Shown here one piece after another: positions 14,132-29,900 of a DNA stretch of 64,000 bases. The notes beneath the pieces are model-generated. The model saw only the letters and a list, made by a program, of their open reading frames with translations. It was not told where the DNA came from and did not search any database. Positions within the stretch are counted from its first letter, which is position 1. The number at the start of each line of letters is the position of its first letter. Made by a program: the position numbers and the translations under genes. Origin of the DNA: Eledone cirrhosa (lineage: Eukaryota); NCBI GenBank assembly GCA_964016885.1, contig OZ024756.1, forward strand, positions 15,252,001 through 15,316,000, read 5' to 3'.

Positions 14132-14564
14132 CATCATCACCATCACCATTGTACGTCCGCTTTTCCCTGCTTGCAAGGGTGGGATGGGAACTGATTCTGG
14201 TTGGATTTCTACAACTGGATGCCCTTCCTAACACCAACCTCATTTACAGTGAGTGCTGGGTGCTTTTTTGCTGTGGAACCTCCATGACCACTTTGCAGTG
14301 GAATGATAGGCACCCCAGTCCCTATCATCTCATTTCTACAGCTGAGTAAACTGGAGCAATGTGAAATAAAGTGTCTTGCTCAAGGAAACAACACAACACC
14401 CGGTCTGAGAATTGAACTCACAACCTTTCGATTGCAAGGCCAATGCTCTAACCACTAAGCCATGTGCCTCCATATATATATATATATATATATACATATA
14501 TATATTATATTATATATCATCATCGTTTTACGCCCATTTTTTCCATGCTAGCATATATATATAT

Positions 14565-14601
<37 letters not shown>

Positions 14602-16756
14602 CCTATTCCTTAGGGAATTCAATGTAGAAAATGGAATTATCCAAATCATCCAGGTCCTTTATAAGGATGCCACCAGCACAGTTCTTTTGCTAAAACAAGT
14701 GGGAAACTTCTTCTGGAGAACTGTTGGCGTGAGACAGGGGTGCATACTTTCACCCACGTTCAACCTGTTTTTAGAATGAATCATGCAAGAAACCCTCAAC
14801 ACCCAACCATGATACCTCAGTCTCTGTCGGTGGTAGACCCACCTGTAAACTACATTTTGCAGATGATATTGACCTCATAGCAGGTAGTAATGGATTGCCA
14901 CAGCTATGGCAGTGATGGCCAAATTGGCAGGAATATGGAGGAGCAATCTCAGTTTTCAGACCAATTACAGATATTAGAAATCACTGGTAGCCTCCATCCT
15001 CCTATATGGGTGTGACACCTGGACACTTTGGGCAGGAACAGAGAGAAGGATCCTGGCATTTGAGGACAAATGCACAAGAAAACTCCTTCGTTATTTCCTA
15101 TTGGGAACATTAAACCAATGAATACGTGCATAGTAAGGTTGAAAGTTTTGTGGGTCACCAGGAACCTGTCCTCGCCACAGCCAAGAGGAGGAAACTGGTG
15201 TGGTTTGGCCACATGACATGACATGACAGCCTGTGCAAGACCATCATGCAAGGCACTGTTGAAGGCGGACGCAGGAGGGGAGGCCAATGCAGAAACTAGT
15301 TGGGCAATGTCAAACAATGGACACAAATGAAGACACCAGATTTGTTGACGGCCGCCGTTGATAAACTATTTTTAGTGTGTGCTGCTTCTGCAGTAGGGTC
15401 CCGCCGACGACTACAGAAGTCAAGGCACTGATGATGATGATAATACATACGTATATATATACATATGTATATATATATACATACATACATACAGAAAGGA
15501 AAAGAGATTAAGTGAAAGGAATTAAGTGAAAGGAAATAAGAAAAAGATATAGAGGAATCAACCCCATTACTTTACTGGTACATAAACAACCTCACAAGGA
15601 TGAAAGGCAATGTTAACCATAGCGGGATTTGAACTCAGAGTATAGAGAGCTGTAATGAATTCTGCAAAGCATTCTAACTGTTCCAAACAGTTCTTGATAT
15701 ATAATGTAAGGGTGAAGAAAACTCCCAAAATGTTTACCTTCAGCAGTAAATCTTCCCAGCTCTTCTGGACCCACATCTCTTCATTCTCACAATTAGCTGG
15801 AAAATTAAATATAGAGGGCACACATTAAGAAAATCCATCATAATTCGGAATAAAGATTTTTTTTACGCCATTATCACTACCCAAAATTAGATAGATAGAT
15901 GGACAGATGGATACCGTTTATACTCGAATATAAGCCAAGGAAAGAAAAGAAAAAAAAAAAAAAAAGAAAAAAAAATCCATATTTTGACGATTTTCACCAG
16001 CTTCAAATTCAACATAAATAAGGTTTAGATTTTTCCCATTTCTCCGACAAAATAGCGAGGTTGGCTTATATTTGAGTATATCTGGCTGTCTGTGTTGTAC
16101 ACTCAGGTATTACAATTTTTTTTTTTTTTAATTATTACTGCTGTCTGTTTTGTCTGTACTGTTCATAATACAAGCTCAAGTATCTAAACACTGCTTTCAT
16201 TATTTGCCATCTGTTTATTCTATCACCTGTTCTTCATTTCATTTCACAATTTCCATACAGCAACTGACCTATTTTGAGTGGACCTATAGCTACAGTTGAT
16301 TTCAGAGTGAAGGTTTTTGTACTGTTATTACAGAGAAACTGTGGCTGCCTCATATGAGTAACTGAAGAATAGAAAAGTCTGTTTTGTCCCTGCCTTCCAT
16401 TTGAAATTCATATATCATCATCATTCATCATTTCATTTTACGTCCACTTTTCCCTGCTTGCAAGGGTGGGACGGGAACTGATTCTGGCTTGATTTCTACA
16501 GCCGGATGCCCTTCCTAACACCAACCTCATTTACAGTGAGTGCTGGGTGCTTTTTTGCCATGGCACCTCCACAACCACTTTGCAGTGGAATGATAGGGAC
16601 CCCAGTCCCTATCATCTCATTTCTACAGCTGAGCAAACTGGAGCAACCTGAAATAAAGTGTCTTGCTCAAAGAAACAACATCACCCGGTCTGAGAATTGA
16701 ACTCGCAACCTTTCGATTGCAAGGCCAATGCTCTAACCACTAAGCCATGTGCCTCC

Positions 16757-16811
<55 letters not shown>

Positions 16812-17052
16812 CAGTTGACCCCTGTATTCGCAGAGGTTATGTAAAACTGCCTATAAACGTCAACTCATAACATAAAATCTAGGCTGGAAAATACGGTATA
16901 TCGTAATTAATAATTTAGCATTAAAAGCGTGAAAAAAGATATATTGCCACGAAAAAATGTCATTAAAAAATCACGGAAGGTATTTACGATTCCATGAATA
17001 TGCTGTGGTTTTCACAAACAGTTATTAGTTTGGTTCTCAGGAAAATTCCACA

Positions 17053-17098
<46 letters not shown>

Positions 17099-18202
17099 CG
17101 AAGGAGTTGTGGTAAGGAACCAGACAGACCATAACGAACCAGAGTACTTAATAATTAGGGTAGTAGTGTGGGTAATAGGAAAAAGTTTAACCCCGACGGC
17201 AGAGCTCAAGCCGTTTCGACGGCTATTTCTGGACTAAATTTAGTCCAGAAATAGCCGTCGAAACTATCAACCTTTCTGTATTTATCGTTGTTGCAGTATA
17301 TGTATAGCGACTGCCTTCAGTCATTTTTCTCGGCGTCACACTGTTTAACTTTTGTGTTTACTCTGGATGATAAGGTATTAACTTCTCACTCCATTGAGTG
17401 CTTTGTGATTGCCTCAAACAACTCAAATATTACCTGCTATATGGCAGCTACAACTTCGATTTACACCCAATATTATACGTATATATGCTTTTATTTTCAA
17501 TTTATTTGCTATATGCTACTCTCACATTTTAGGCGATCTGTTGTATTTGAATGAGTTGGTGAGCTATTTCAAGCTCTTTTATCAACATTTTTACTGTCCA
17601 TATGATGCTAATGTAATGAGCTTTTACTCCAGTGTGGTGTGACAAAATAATAACTATGGTGACGAGGTAGTTATTCAATTGATGTCATAATGGACAAATT
17701 AAATTTTGTGGTATTATTTCAAAGACAACTACTTTAGAGAATCTCTTGTAGTTTAACTACGGCAGTTCATGGATTATTTTTCTTTGTGGTTTGAAACAGC
17801 TGTATAGGATTAGTTTAGGTATAATAAGTAATCTAAGTAATATATTTTAATAATCTGACTGCTTTTGCACCTGTTATATATATATGACATTGTGGATTGG
17901 CAGTATCGGTAGAGAGTCGGACACCATGCTTTCCAGCATAGTTACGTCCCTTTACAGACCGAGTTCAAATCCCACCAAGGTTAACTTTGCCTTTCATGCT
18001 TTCGGGGTCGATAAAATAAAGTACCAGTAATGTACTGGGCAATTGCTGGCCTTATGCCAAAAGTGGAAACAATTATATAATTATATTGTTTGTAATATTC
18101 TTACATACCTGAGGTCTGGGATGGGGTTCTTTTTTAGAAACTTACTTCCATTCAGCTTTTACAGAACAACAAAATCGAGACATTCTTATTTCGATTTATT
18201 TT

Positions 18203-18243
<41 letters not shown>

Positions 18244-21200
18244 CACCGTTTAACATCCATTGTTCTACATTAGCATGGGTTAGACAAGTTGTCCCATTGT
18301 GAGACAAGCCACATCAGATGACCATGTCTTGCTCATACAGAACTAATTCTGGCTTGGTTTCTATGGCTGGATGCCCTTCTTAATGCCAATCACATTTACA
18401 GTGTATATTGGCTGCTTTTTGTCATGACACCTACACAATCACTTTACAGTGTGGGCTGGGCACTTTCATGTCACCAAAACGACCGCTGCGCGCGCTCGTG
18501 CGTGTGCGTGTCAGACAAGTTGAGAAAACAACTGTACATTTAGCAAAGTGGTGTTTAACCCTTTAGCATCCACATTACTTTATATATAACTACTGTATTT
18601 TCATGGTAAAGGCTTTACCCCACATAATATCGAATCTAAGAGATTTTGATATTCATTTTGAGAACAATACCTTAACGTCAGTATGAGTGCTCAGTTACAG
18701 CCAGTTTGAAGAGATAGAGGTGAGAGAATTCTGGCCAGATATGGCCATTTTTAATGTTAAAGTTTTAAGCTCAATACAAGTTGATAATCAGTAGGTGCAT
18801 AGGTTTAGGGCATCTGGAGTTGATCCAATATTTACAGTCAACACACCGCATGGTTATATATCACACACAGTCTTGATCTTATGCTCCATTTTTTGGTTTA
18901 GTTTTTCTACTGTGTACTGGGAACATTTTGTCATGACTCCCCCCAGCCTTTAACACAAGAATTAATTTACCATTTACATTACTTTATATATACTATCGTA
19001 TTTTCATGGTAAACATTTTATCTCACATAATATTGAATCAATAAGATTGAGATCACTACTTTAACATAAGTATCAGTGGCCAGTTATGGCCGGTTTAAAC
19101 AGAAAGAGAGGAGATAATTCTGGCCAGTTATGGCCGGTTTAAACAGAAAGAGGTGAGATTATTCTGGCCAGATATGGCCGGTTTAGACAGAAAGAGGTGA
19201 GATTATTCTGGCCAGATATGGCCGGTTTAAACAGAAAGAGGGGAGATTATTCTGGCCAGATATGGCCGGTTTAAACAGAAAGAGGGGAGATTATTCTAGC
19301 CAGTTATGGTCGGTTTAAACAGAAAAAGTGAGATAATTCTGGCCAGATATGGCCGGTTTAAACAGAAAGAGGGGAGATTATTCTGGCCAGTTATGGTCGG
19401 TTTAAACAGAAAAAGTGAGATAATTCTGGCCAGATATGGCCGGTTTAGACAGAAAGAGGTGAGATTATTCTGGCCAGATATGGCCGGTTTAGACAGAAAG
19501 AGGTGAGATTATTCTGGCCAGATATGGCCAGTTTAAACAGAAAGAGGGGAGATTATTCTGGCCAGATATGGCCAGTTTAAACAGAAAGAGGGGAGATTAT
19601 TCTGGCCAGTTATGGCCGGTTTAGACAGAAAGAGGGGAGATTATTCTGGCCAGATATGGCCGGTTTAAACAGAAAGAGGGGAGATTATTCTGGCCAGATA
19701 TGGCCGGTTTAAACAGAAAGAGGGGAGATTATTCTGGCCAGATATGGCCGGTTTAAACAGAAAGAGGGGAGATTATTCTGGCCAGATATGGCCGGTTTAA
19801 ACAGAAAGAGGGGAGATTATTCTGGCCAGATGTGGCCGGTTTAAACAGAAAGAGGGGAGATTATTCTGGCCAGATATGGCCGGTTTAAACAGAAAGAGGG
19901 GAGATTATTCTGGCCAGATATGGCCGGTTTAAACAGAAAGAGGGGAGATTATTCTGGCCAGATATGGCCGGTTTAAACAGAAAGAGGGGAGATTATTCTG
20001 GCCAGTTATGGTCGGTTTAAACAGAAAAAGTGAGATAATTCTGGCTAGATATGGCCGGTTTAAACAGAAAGAGGGGAGATTATTCTGGCCAGATATGGCC
20101 GGTTTAAACAGAAAGAGGGGAGATTATTCTAGCCAGTTATGGTCGGTTTAAACAGAAAAAGTGAGATAATTCTGGCCAGATATGGCCGGTTTAAACAGAA
20201 AGAGGGGAGATTATTCTGGCCAGTTATGGTCGGTTTAAACAGAAAAAGTGAGATAATTCTGGCCAGATATGGCCGGTTTAAACAGAAAGAGGGGAGATTA
20301 TTCTGGCCAGTTATGGTCGGTTTAAACAGAAAGAGGGGAGATTATTCTAGCCAGTTATGGTCGGTTTAAACAGAAAAAGTGAGATAATTCTGGCCAGATA
20401 TGGCCGGTTTAAACAGAAAGAGGGGAGATTATTCTGGCCAGTTATGGTCGGTTTAAACAGAAAAAGTGAGATAATTCTGGCCAGATATGGCCGGTTTAAA
20501 CAGAAAGAGGGGAGATTATTCTGGCCAGTTATGGTCGGTTTAAACAGAAAGAGGGGAGATTATTCTGGCCAGATATGGCTGGTTTAAACAGAAAGAAAGG
20601 AGATTATTCTGGCCAGATATGGCCGGTTTAAACAGAAAGAGGGGAGATTATTCTGGCCAGTTATGGCCGGTTTAAACAGAAAGAGGGGAGATTATTCTGG
20701 CCAGATATGGCCGGTTTAAACAGAAAGAGGGCAGATTATTCTGGCCAGATATGGCTGGTTTAAACAGAAAGAAAGGAGATTATTCTGGCCAGATATGGCT
20801 GGTTTAAACAGAAAGAAAGGAGATTATTCTGGCCAGATATGGCCGGTTTAAACAGAAAGAGGGCAGATTATTCTGGCCAGATATGGCCGGTTTAAACAGA
20901 AAGAGGGGAGATTATTCTGGCCAGATATGGCCGGTTTAAACAGAAAGAGAGGAGATTATTCTAGCCAGATATGGCCGGTTTAAACAGAAAGAGGGGAGAT
21001 TATTCTGGCCAATTATGGTCGGTTTAAACAGAAAAAGTGAGATAATTCTGGCCAGATATGGCTGGTTTAAACAGAAAGGGGAGATTATTCTGGCCAGATA
21101 TGGCTGGTTTAAACAGAAAGAAAGGAGATTATTCTAGCCAGATATGGCCGGTTTAAACAGAAAGAGGGGAGATTATTCTGGCCAATTATGGTCGGTTTAA

Positions 21201-24200
21201 ACAGAAAAAGTGAGATAATTCTGGCCAGATATGGCTGGTTTAAACAGAAAGGGGAGATTATTCTGGCCAGATATGGCTGGTTTAAACAGAAAGAAAGGAG
21301 ATTATTCTAGCCAGATATGGCCGGTTTAAACAGAAAGAGGGGAGATTATTCTGGCCAATTATGGTCGGTTTAAACAGAAAAAGTGAGATAATTCTGGCCA
21401 GATATGGCTGGTTTAAACAGAAAGGGGAGATTATTCTGGCCAGATATGGCCGGTTTAAACAGGAAGAGGTGAGATTATTCTGGCCAAATATGGCCAGTTT
21501 AAATGCTAAAGGGTTAAGAGAGGAAAGAAATGATGCTTGACCAACCTTCCAGGTAATGCACCAGTTTCGGAATAACTGTGTTCCATAGGTCTGTGAGTTC
21601 AGGACATAAATTTGGGGTCATGTTCTTCATGAAGTTTAGCACATGTATTCCTCGACATCCATTAGCTAGTGGGTCTCCAGAAATAATCTTTAACGAAGAG
21701 AATCACATCAATGACAAAAATAACAACAACAACAACTACTAATACTATAGTGACAATAACAACAACATTAATTGTTTCCGATTTTGGCACAAGGCCAGCA
21801 ATTATCCCAGTACATTACTGGTACTTTATTTTATCGACCCCGTAAGGATGAAAGGCAAAGTTAACCTCGGCGGGATTTGAACTCAGACCGTAAAGGGCCG
21901 TAACTCTATGCTGCAAAGCATGGCAGCCGACCTTCTACTGATACTGCCAATAACAACAATAATTGTTTCTACTTTAGGCACAAAGCCAGCAATTTTGGGG
22001 GAGGGGGAAAGCCGAGTAAATCAACACCAGTGCATTACTGGTGTTTTATTTAACCCCATCAGGATGAAAGGCAAAGATTTGGCAGGATTTGAACTCAGAA
22101 TGTAAAGGGCCGTAACTCTATGCTGCAAAGTATAATGTCCAATGCTCTAATGATACTGCCAATCCACCACCCTATCAATAATAATAATAATAATAATGAT
22201 AATAAAGGAGCAAAAAATATTTGAACCAGATATGTGGAAAGCCAAGAGATACAAAATATAGTGCCGACAGGCGCTGAGAAGGGCATTATGCGCCGACAGG
22301 CGCTGAGAAGGGCATTATGCGCCGACAGGCGCTGAGAAGGGCATTATGCGCCGACAGGCGCTGAGAAGGGCATTATGCGCCGACAGGCGCTGAGAAGGGC
22401 ATTATGCGCCGACAGGCGCTGAGAAGGGCATTATGCGCCGACAGGCGCTGAGAAGGGCATTATGCGCCGACAGGCGCTGAGAAGGGCATTATGTGCCGAC
22501 AGGCGCTGAGAAGGGCATTATGTGCCGACAGGCGCTGAAAAGGGCATTATGCGCCGACAGGCGCTGAGAAGGGCATTATGCGCCGACAGGCGCTGAGAAG
22601 GGCATTATGCGCCGACAGGCGCTGAGAAGGGCATTATGCGCCGACAGGCGCTGAGAAGGGCATTATGCGCCGATAGGCGCTGAGAAGGGCATTATGCGCC
22701 GACAGGCGCTGAGAAGGGCATTATGCGCCGACAGGCGCTGAGAAGGGCATTATGTGCCGACAGGCGCTGAGAAGGGCATTATGCGCCGACAGGCGCTGAG
22801 AAGGGCATTATGCGCCGACAGGCGCTGAGAAGGGCATTATGCGCCGACAGGCGCTGAGAAGGGCATTATGCGCCGACAGGCGCTGAGAAGGGCATTATGC
22901 GCCGACAGGCGCTGAGAAGGGCATTATGTGCCGACAGGCGCTGAGAAGGGCATTATGTGCCGACAGGCGCTGAGAAGGGCATTATGTGCCGACAGGCGCT
23001 GAGAAGGGCATTATGTGCCGACAGGCGCTGAGAAGGGCATTATGTGCCGACAGGCGCTGAAAAGGGCATTATGTGCCGACAGGCGCTGAGAAGGGCATTA
23101 TGTGCCGACAGGCGCTGAGAAGGGCATTATGTGCCGACAGGCGCTGAGAAGGGCATTATGTGCCGACAGGCGCTGAGAAGGGCATTATGTGCCGACAGGC
23201 GCTGAGAAGGGCATTATGTGCCGACAGGCGCTGAGAAGGGCATTATGTGCTGACAGGCGCTGTCCCGAGAAGGTCATTATTAATTTAACCTCTAGCACGC
23301 GACTAATTATGAGTCGTTTCCCTTGACACTGCATTATCTATTAAGAAGGGATCATTTATATGGTGCATTTTGTCACCAACAGTGTGCTGAAGGTTAATTT
23401 GCAAAGACATTTACTGTTGTCTCTGCCCTTGTGACATCATTTGTATAATGATTGTAAAATGTGTGTGTTACCAAATTTTGTCTCAGGTGTCAGGTTGACA
23501 CTTGGCATGGTTTAGGAAAGGAGCAGGGTTCTAAGAAGTTCCACATAATAATTGTTTCTACATTTGGCACAAGGCCAGCAATTACCCAGTACATTACTGG
23601 TACTTTATTTTATCGATCCCCCGTAAGGATGAAAAGCAAAGTCAACCTCGGTGGGATTTGAACTCGGTCTGTAAAGGGACGTAACTATGCTAGAAAGCAT
23701 GGCGTCCGACCCTCCACCGATACTGCCAAATAATGGTTTCTGATTTAGGCATAAGGCCAGCAATTTTAGGGGAGGGCGGGGAACTCGATTAAATCGACAC
23801 CAGTGTATTACTGGTACTTTATTTTATCAACCCCGTAAGGATGAAAGGCAAAGTTAACCTCGGCATAATTTGAACTCAAAACGTGAAGGGCCGTAACTTT
23901 ATACTGCAAAGCATGTTCGACACTCGACTGATTCTGCCAATGAGTGTCACTGTCGCTGTGTGAGTGTGAGTGGTGGGATATTACTTACAAAAAGTCGAGC
24001 AATGATGGCGTGCCGGCTTGGCATGTTGGCTGTAATTAGAAAAATATAAAGATGTAACAGGTGAGTAGTGTGGACAGGTGAGAGGGGTGGGACAGGAGGG
24101 AGAGGGGGGGTGAGAGAGGTGAGAGAGGTGAGAAGGTGGGAGGGTGGGAGAGGTGAGGGAGGTGGGAGAGGTGAGAGGGGTGAGAGAGGGGTGGGAGAGG

Positions 24201-26933
24201 TGAGAGGGGTGAGAGAGGGGTGGGAGAGGTGAGAGAGGGGTGGGAGAGGTAAGAGAGGTGGGAGGGGCGAGAAGTGGGAGGGGAGGCGAGAGAGGTGAGT
24301 CGGTGAGAGAGGAGGGGTGGCGAGAGAGGAGGGGTGGCGAGAGAGGAGGGGTGGCGAGAGAGGAGGGGAGGGGAGGGTAGGAGGTGAGAGGTGGGGAGGT
24401 GAGAGAGGAGGGGAGGTGAGAGAGGTGGGAGAAAGATGAGGAAATGTGAGGTGGGTTGGTGAGCTGTGGGTGGGAAAGAGAAAGTGACAGGTAGATAGAT
24501 GATAAATGGTCAACTGGCAGGTGAGAGAAGAGAACGAGAGGTGGGGAGATAGGGGGTGGGTAAGTGAGAGATGGGGATGCAAAGGAAGTGCTCGGGTGAG
24601 AGAGGAGAGGAATTGAAAGGTGGGTATGAGAGGGAAGTGCTCAGGTGAGAGTTATATAGGTAAAACATTTCAACAGGTGAGTTATCAGAACATGTATCAC
24701 AATCGTAGAGGTGACATTGTTACACAGGTGGGACATTTGAACTAATTAAAGTAACACTAGTGAGGTTGACTAGTCAACGATGTCAGTTGGAAGCAGTAAC
24801 TATTCAATTAAAGATAGGAGGTAGTGGTAGTAGTGGAGGTAGTAGTGGAGGTAGTGGTGGTCGTGGTGGAGGTAGTGGAGGTGATGGTGATGTTACATTC
24901 AGACATAAGAACATGGAAAATATGTTTACAACTAAAACAAAGAAATAATTGTTTAGCCCTTTCATTACCATATTACTAATGAAAGACACTGCCTATGTCA
25001 TTAAGCCTTTCATTACCATATTACTAATGAAAGACACTGCCTATGTCATTAACCCTTTCATTACCATATTACTAATGAAAGACACTGCCTATGGCATTAA
25101 GCCTTTCATTACCATATTACTAATGAAAGACACTGCCTATGACATTAAGCCATTCATTACCATATTTCTAATGAAAGACACTGCCTATGGCATTAACCCT
25201 TTCATTACCATATTTCTAATGAAAGACACTGCCTATGGCATTAAGCCTTTCATTACCATATTACTAATGAAAGACACTGCCTATGTTTGGCATTAAGCCT
25301 TTCATTACCATATTACTAATGAAAGACACTGCCTATGACATTAAGCCTTTCATTACCATATTTCTAATGAAAGACCCTGCCTATGTCATTAACCCTTTCA
25401 TTACCATATTTCTAATGAAAGACACTGCCTATGGCATTAACCCTTTCATTACCATATTTCTAATGAAAGACACTGCCTATGATTTTCGAATAATTGTGAA
25501 AATAATCGATAATTTTGAGAGATTTAGTAAAAAAAAAAAAAAAAAAAAAAAACCTTCCCATTAAGGTCCTTACATAAAATTATGATGGAAGGTTTTTAGA
25601 TAAATATAAACACTTTAAAACAATCAGTTTTGTATATAGAACCAGCGGCGTTTGGAACAAAGGTTCTTACATAAAATTACGATGGAAGGTTTTTTGATAA
25701 ATATAAATTTAAAACAAACAACTTTGCATTATAGAATGAGGAGTGCTTTTTGGTGAGTTGGTATCAAGAGGGTTAAATGGAGATGAATTTCTTCAGAAAT
25801 TTCTGGTAAGCATGGGGAAATTCTTAAAACAAACAACTTTGCATTATAGAATGAGGAGTGCTTTTTGGTGAGTTGGTATCAAGAGGGTTAAATGGAGACG
25901 AATTTCTTCAGAAATTTCTGGTAAGCATGGGGAAATTCTTGAAAAATTTCTGGATTTTGAAAGAAATTCATGTAGAAAAACTGACCTTGTTTTTCGAAAT
26001 TTATTTCGTAGTCAGCATCATTATTCTCTCTCTTCTTTTTGGCAAGAAAAGCAAGACTTCGACAGATGGCTTTGATCCCATGGTAATGTTGGTCTGATAT
26101 GATGTATTCCAGAAGAAAGGGCCACAGGACCTTATAAGGGATTACAGAAAGAAAAGAGAAGAGAAGGAAGAACAACAATTAAAAAAGACAGATTCTGAAG
26201 GAGGGAAAGGAGACATTAGAGATGAAGGGGGAGAGAATGAAAAATAAAAGGAAGGATGAGAGAGAAGGAAGAGGGACAAAGTAAGAAAGAGAGAGAGGGT
26301 AGGTGAATCAGAAGCAGACACAGAGAATGAGAGAGTTAGAGAGTGAGAGAGAGTTAGAGAGTGAGAGAGAGTTAGAGAGTGAGAGCGAGTTAGAGAGTGA
26401 GAGCGAGTTAGAGAGTGAGAGCGAGTTAGAGAGTGAGAGCGAGTTAGAGAGTGAGAGCGAGTTAGAGAGTGAGAGCGAGTTAGAGAGTGAGAGCGAGTTA
26501 GAGAGTGAGAGCGAGTTAGAGAGTGAGAGCGAGTTAGAGAGTGAGAGCGAGTTAGAGAGTGAGAGCGAGTTAGAGAGTGAGAGCGAGTTAGAGAGTGAGA
26601 GCGAGTTAGAGAGTGAGAGCGAGTTAGAGAGTGAGAGAGAGTTAGAGAGTGAGAGAGAGTTAGTTAGAAAGTGTGAGACAGCGTAGCAGAGTTAAAGAAA
26701 GAGATAGAAAGACAGATAAAGACAGAAAGAGATTCCGAGAGAGAGAGAGGGAGAGAGGGAGACAGAGAGAGGGAGAGAAAGAAGTAACTTACTGGTTCCA
26801 TACACTCTATGGTAGTTGTAATAAGATGTAATATATTCTCACACATACTTCTCAGGCTTTCATTGGTCACATGATCTGCATCAGGGCGTCGCTTGTTCTG
26901 AAGAAATGAGGGTGATTGGTTGTTTACTTTATG

Positions 26934-26975
<42 letters not shown>

Positions 26976-29900
26976 GACTAGAGTGCACGGGAGTTAAAAC
27001 CCGGACTAGAGTGCATGGGAGTTAAACTCTTGACTAGAGTGCACGGGAGTTAAAACCAGGACTAGAGTGCATGGGAGTTAAAACCCGGACTAGAGTGCAT
27101 GGGAGTTAAACTCTTGACTAGAGTGCACGGGAGTTAAAACCAGGACTAGAGTGCATGGGAGTTAAAACCCGGACTAGAGTGCATGGGAGTTAAACTCTTG
27201 ACTAGAGTGCACGGGAGTTAAACTCTTGACTAGAGTGCACGGGAGTTAAAACCCGGACTAGAGTGCATGGGAGTTAAAACCCGGACTAGAGTGCATGGGA
27301 GTTAAACTCTTGACTAGAGTGCACGGGAGTTAAACTCTTGACTAGAGTGCACGGGAGTTAAACTCTTGACTAGAGTGCACGGGAGTTAAACTCTTGACTA
27401 GAGTGCACGGGAGTTAAACTCTTGACTAGAGTGCATGGGAGTTAAAACCCGGACTAGAGTGCATGGGAGTTAAACTCTTGACTAGAGTGCACGGGAGTTA
27501 AACTCTTGACTAGAGTGCATGGGAGTTAAAACCCGGACTAGAGTGCATGGGAGTTAAACTCTTGACTAGAGTGCACGGGAGTTAAACTCTGGACTAGCGT
27601 GCACGGGAGTTAAACTCTGGACTAGCGTGCACGGGAGTTAAACTCTTGACTAGAGTGCATGGGAGTTAAACTCTTGACTAGAGTGCATGGGAGTTAAACT
27701 CTTGACTAGAGTGCATGGGAGTTAAACTCTTGACTAGAGTGCACGGGAGTTAAAACCAGGACTAGAGTGCACGGGAGTTAAAACCAGGACTAGAGTGCAT
27801 GGGAGTTAAACTCTTGAATAGAGTGCACGGGAGTTATCCTCTGGACTAGAGTGCACGGGAGTTAAACTCTGGACTAGAGTGCACGGGAGTTAAACTCTTG
27901 AATAGAGTGCATGGGAGTTAAAACCAGGACTAGAGTGCATGGGAGTTAAACTCTCGACTAGAGTACACGGGAATTAAACTCTGGAATAGAGTGCACGGGA
28001 GTTAAAACCAGGACTAGAGTGCATGGGAGTTAAACTCTTGAATAGAGTGCACGGGAGTTAAAACCAGGACTAGAGTGCACGGGAGTTAAACTCTCGACTA
28101 GAGTACACGGAAGTTAAACTCTGGACTAGAGTACTTAAACTCTGGACTAGAGTACACAAACTCCGGGCTAGAGTACACATTAGGATAAACATAAGAGGTA
28201 GGTGTTACCATGTTGGGGGGGTCATTTGGTAAACAGCATTGGTTAACAATAAACTCTATCATCACATTTCCCCCTTCATTCTCCAGGTACTGGTGGTGGG
28301 CCATTGCAATTATCACCTGCGACATCACTTTCTTCACCTGAGACAAATAGAAACAGAGGTAGTGTGAGACATTGATTTTGGAGGTGGGGTGGGATTGGGG
28401 TGGAGAGGTAGGGTGGGGTGATGCTGTGGAGAGGTAGGATGAGGTGGGGTGGGGTGGGGGTGGAGAGGGGGGTTGTAGCGAGGTGGGTAGGATGAGGTTA
28501 GGTGGGGTAGGATGGAATGAGATGAGGTAGAATGAGATATGGTGGAACGAGATGGGGGTGGGATGAGATATGGTGGAACGAGATGGGGTGGGGTGGGGTG
28601 TTGTGAGATGAGGTGGGGTGTGGTGAGATGAGGTAGGGTGTGGTGAGATGAGGTGGGATGAGATGAGATGAGGTGGGGTGTGGTGAGATGAGGTGGGGTG
28701 TGATGAGATGAGGTGGGGTGTGGTGAGATGAGGTGGGGTGTGGTGAGATGAGGTGGGGTGTGGTGAGATGAGGTGGGGTGTGGTGAGATGGGGTGAGGTG
28801 AGATGGAGTGAGGTGAGATGGAGTGAGGTGAGATGGAGTGAGGTGTGGTGAGATGGGGTGAGGTGTGGTGAGATGGGGTGAGGTGTGGTGAGATGGGGTG
28901 GGGTGTGGTGAGACGAGGTGGGGTGTGGTGAGACGGGGTGAGGTGGGGTGAGACGGGGTGGGGTGGGGTGAGACGGGGTGGGATGAGATGGGGTGGGGTG
29001 TGGTGAGATAGGGTGGGGTGAGATAGGGTGGGGTGGGGTGAGATAGGGTGGGGTGTGGTGAGACGAGGTGGCGTGTGGTGTGGTGAGATGGGGTGGGATG
29101 CGGTGGGATGAGGTGGGGGTGTGGTGAGATGGGGTGGGGTGGGATAGGGTGGTATGGGTTAAGGGATTGTGAACCCGTCCCCACCTCTTACTGCATTTAA
29201 TAGTTGTTTTTTGTTTTGTTCAGTGGACCTCTGTTGGACGGTATTCCTGATCAACACTACATCTTACCTGTGAAATTATAAGTGGCTGAGCATTCCACAG
29301 ATAAACATATCTTTAACAATTCTAAGGGAGATTCAGTGTGTTTGTCATGGCTGGTTCTTGGAATCAACAGATGCACTCAATCTTCTATTAAAGTTCAAGT
29401 GGCTGAGTATTCCACAGATACATGTATCTCTAATGTAATTCTCAAGGAGGTTCAGTGTGATAGTGTGACAAGACTGGTTCTTCTGATTAACAATTAGTCT
29501 ATCCAACGGGCTTCCTAGCAGTCTCTGTCTGCCCAGTTTCACAAGACGAACTAACCTGAGTCTGTTTTAAGCCGGTGCTTATCCCCATTTCATGGTGTGA
29601 AGCGAGTGAGTACAAGACTTGCCCTTGGACAGGACACCAGTCCATCGCAGGGTTAACCCTTTAGCATTCACATTACTCTATATATACTATTGTATTTTCA
29701 TGGTAAAGTCTTTACCTCACATAATATCTCACATAACATTGACATTACTCTATATATATATTATATTTTCATGGTAAAGGCTTTACCTCACATAATATCT
29801 CACATAACATTTACATTATTCTATATATACTATTATATTTTCATGGTAAAGGCTTTACCTCACATAATATCTCACATAACATTGACATTACTCTATATAT

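Noticed and set aside
16811-17010. Tigger-like terminus cagttgacccctg
   Set aside because: No matching opposite TIR was found, so it is too weak to call.
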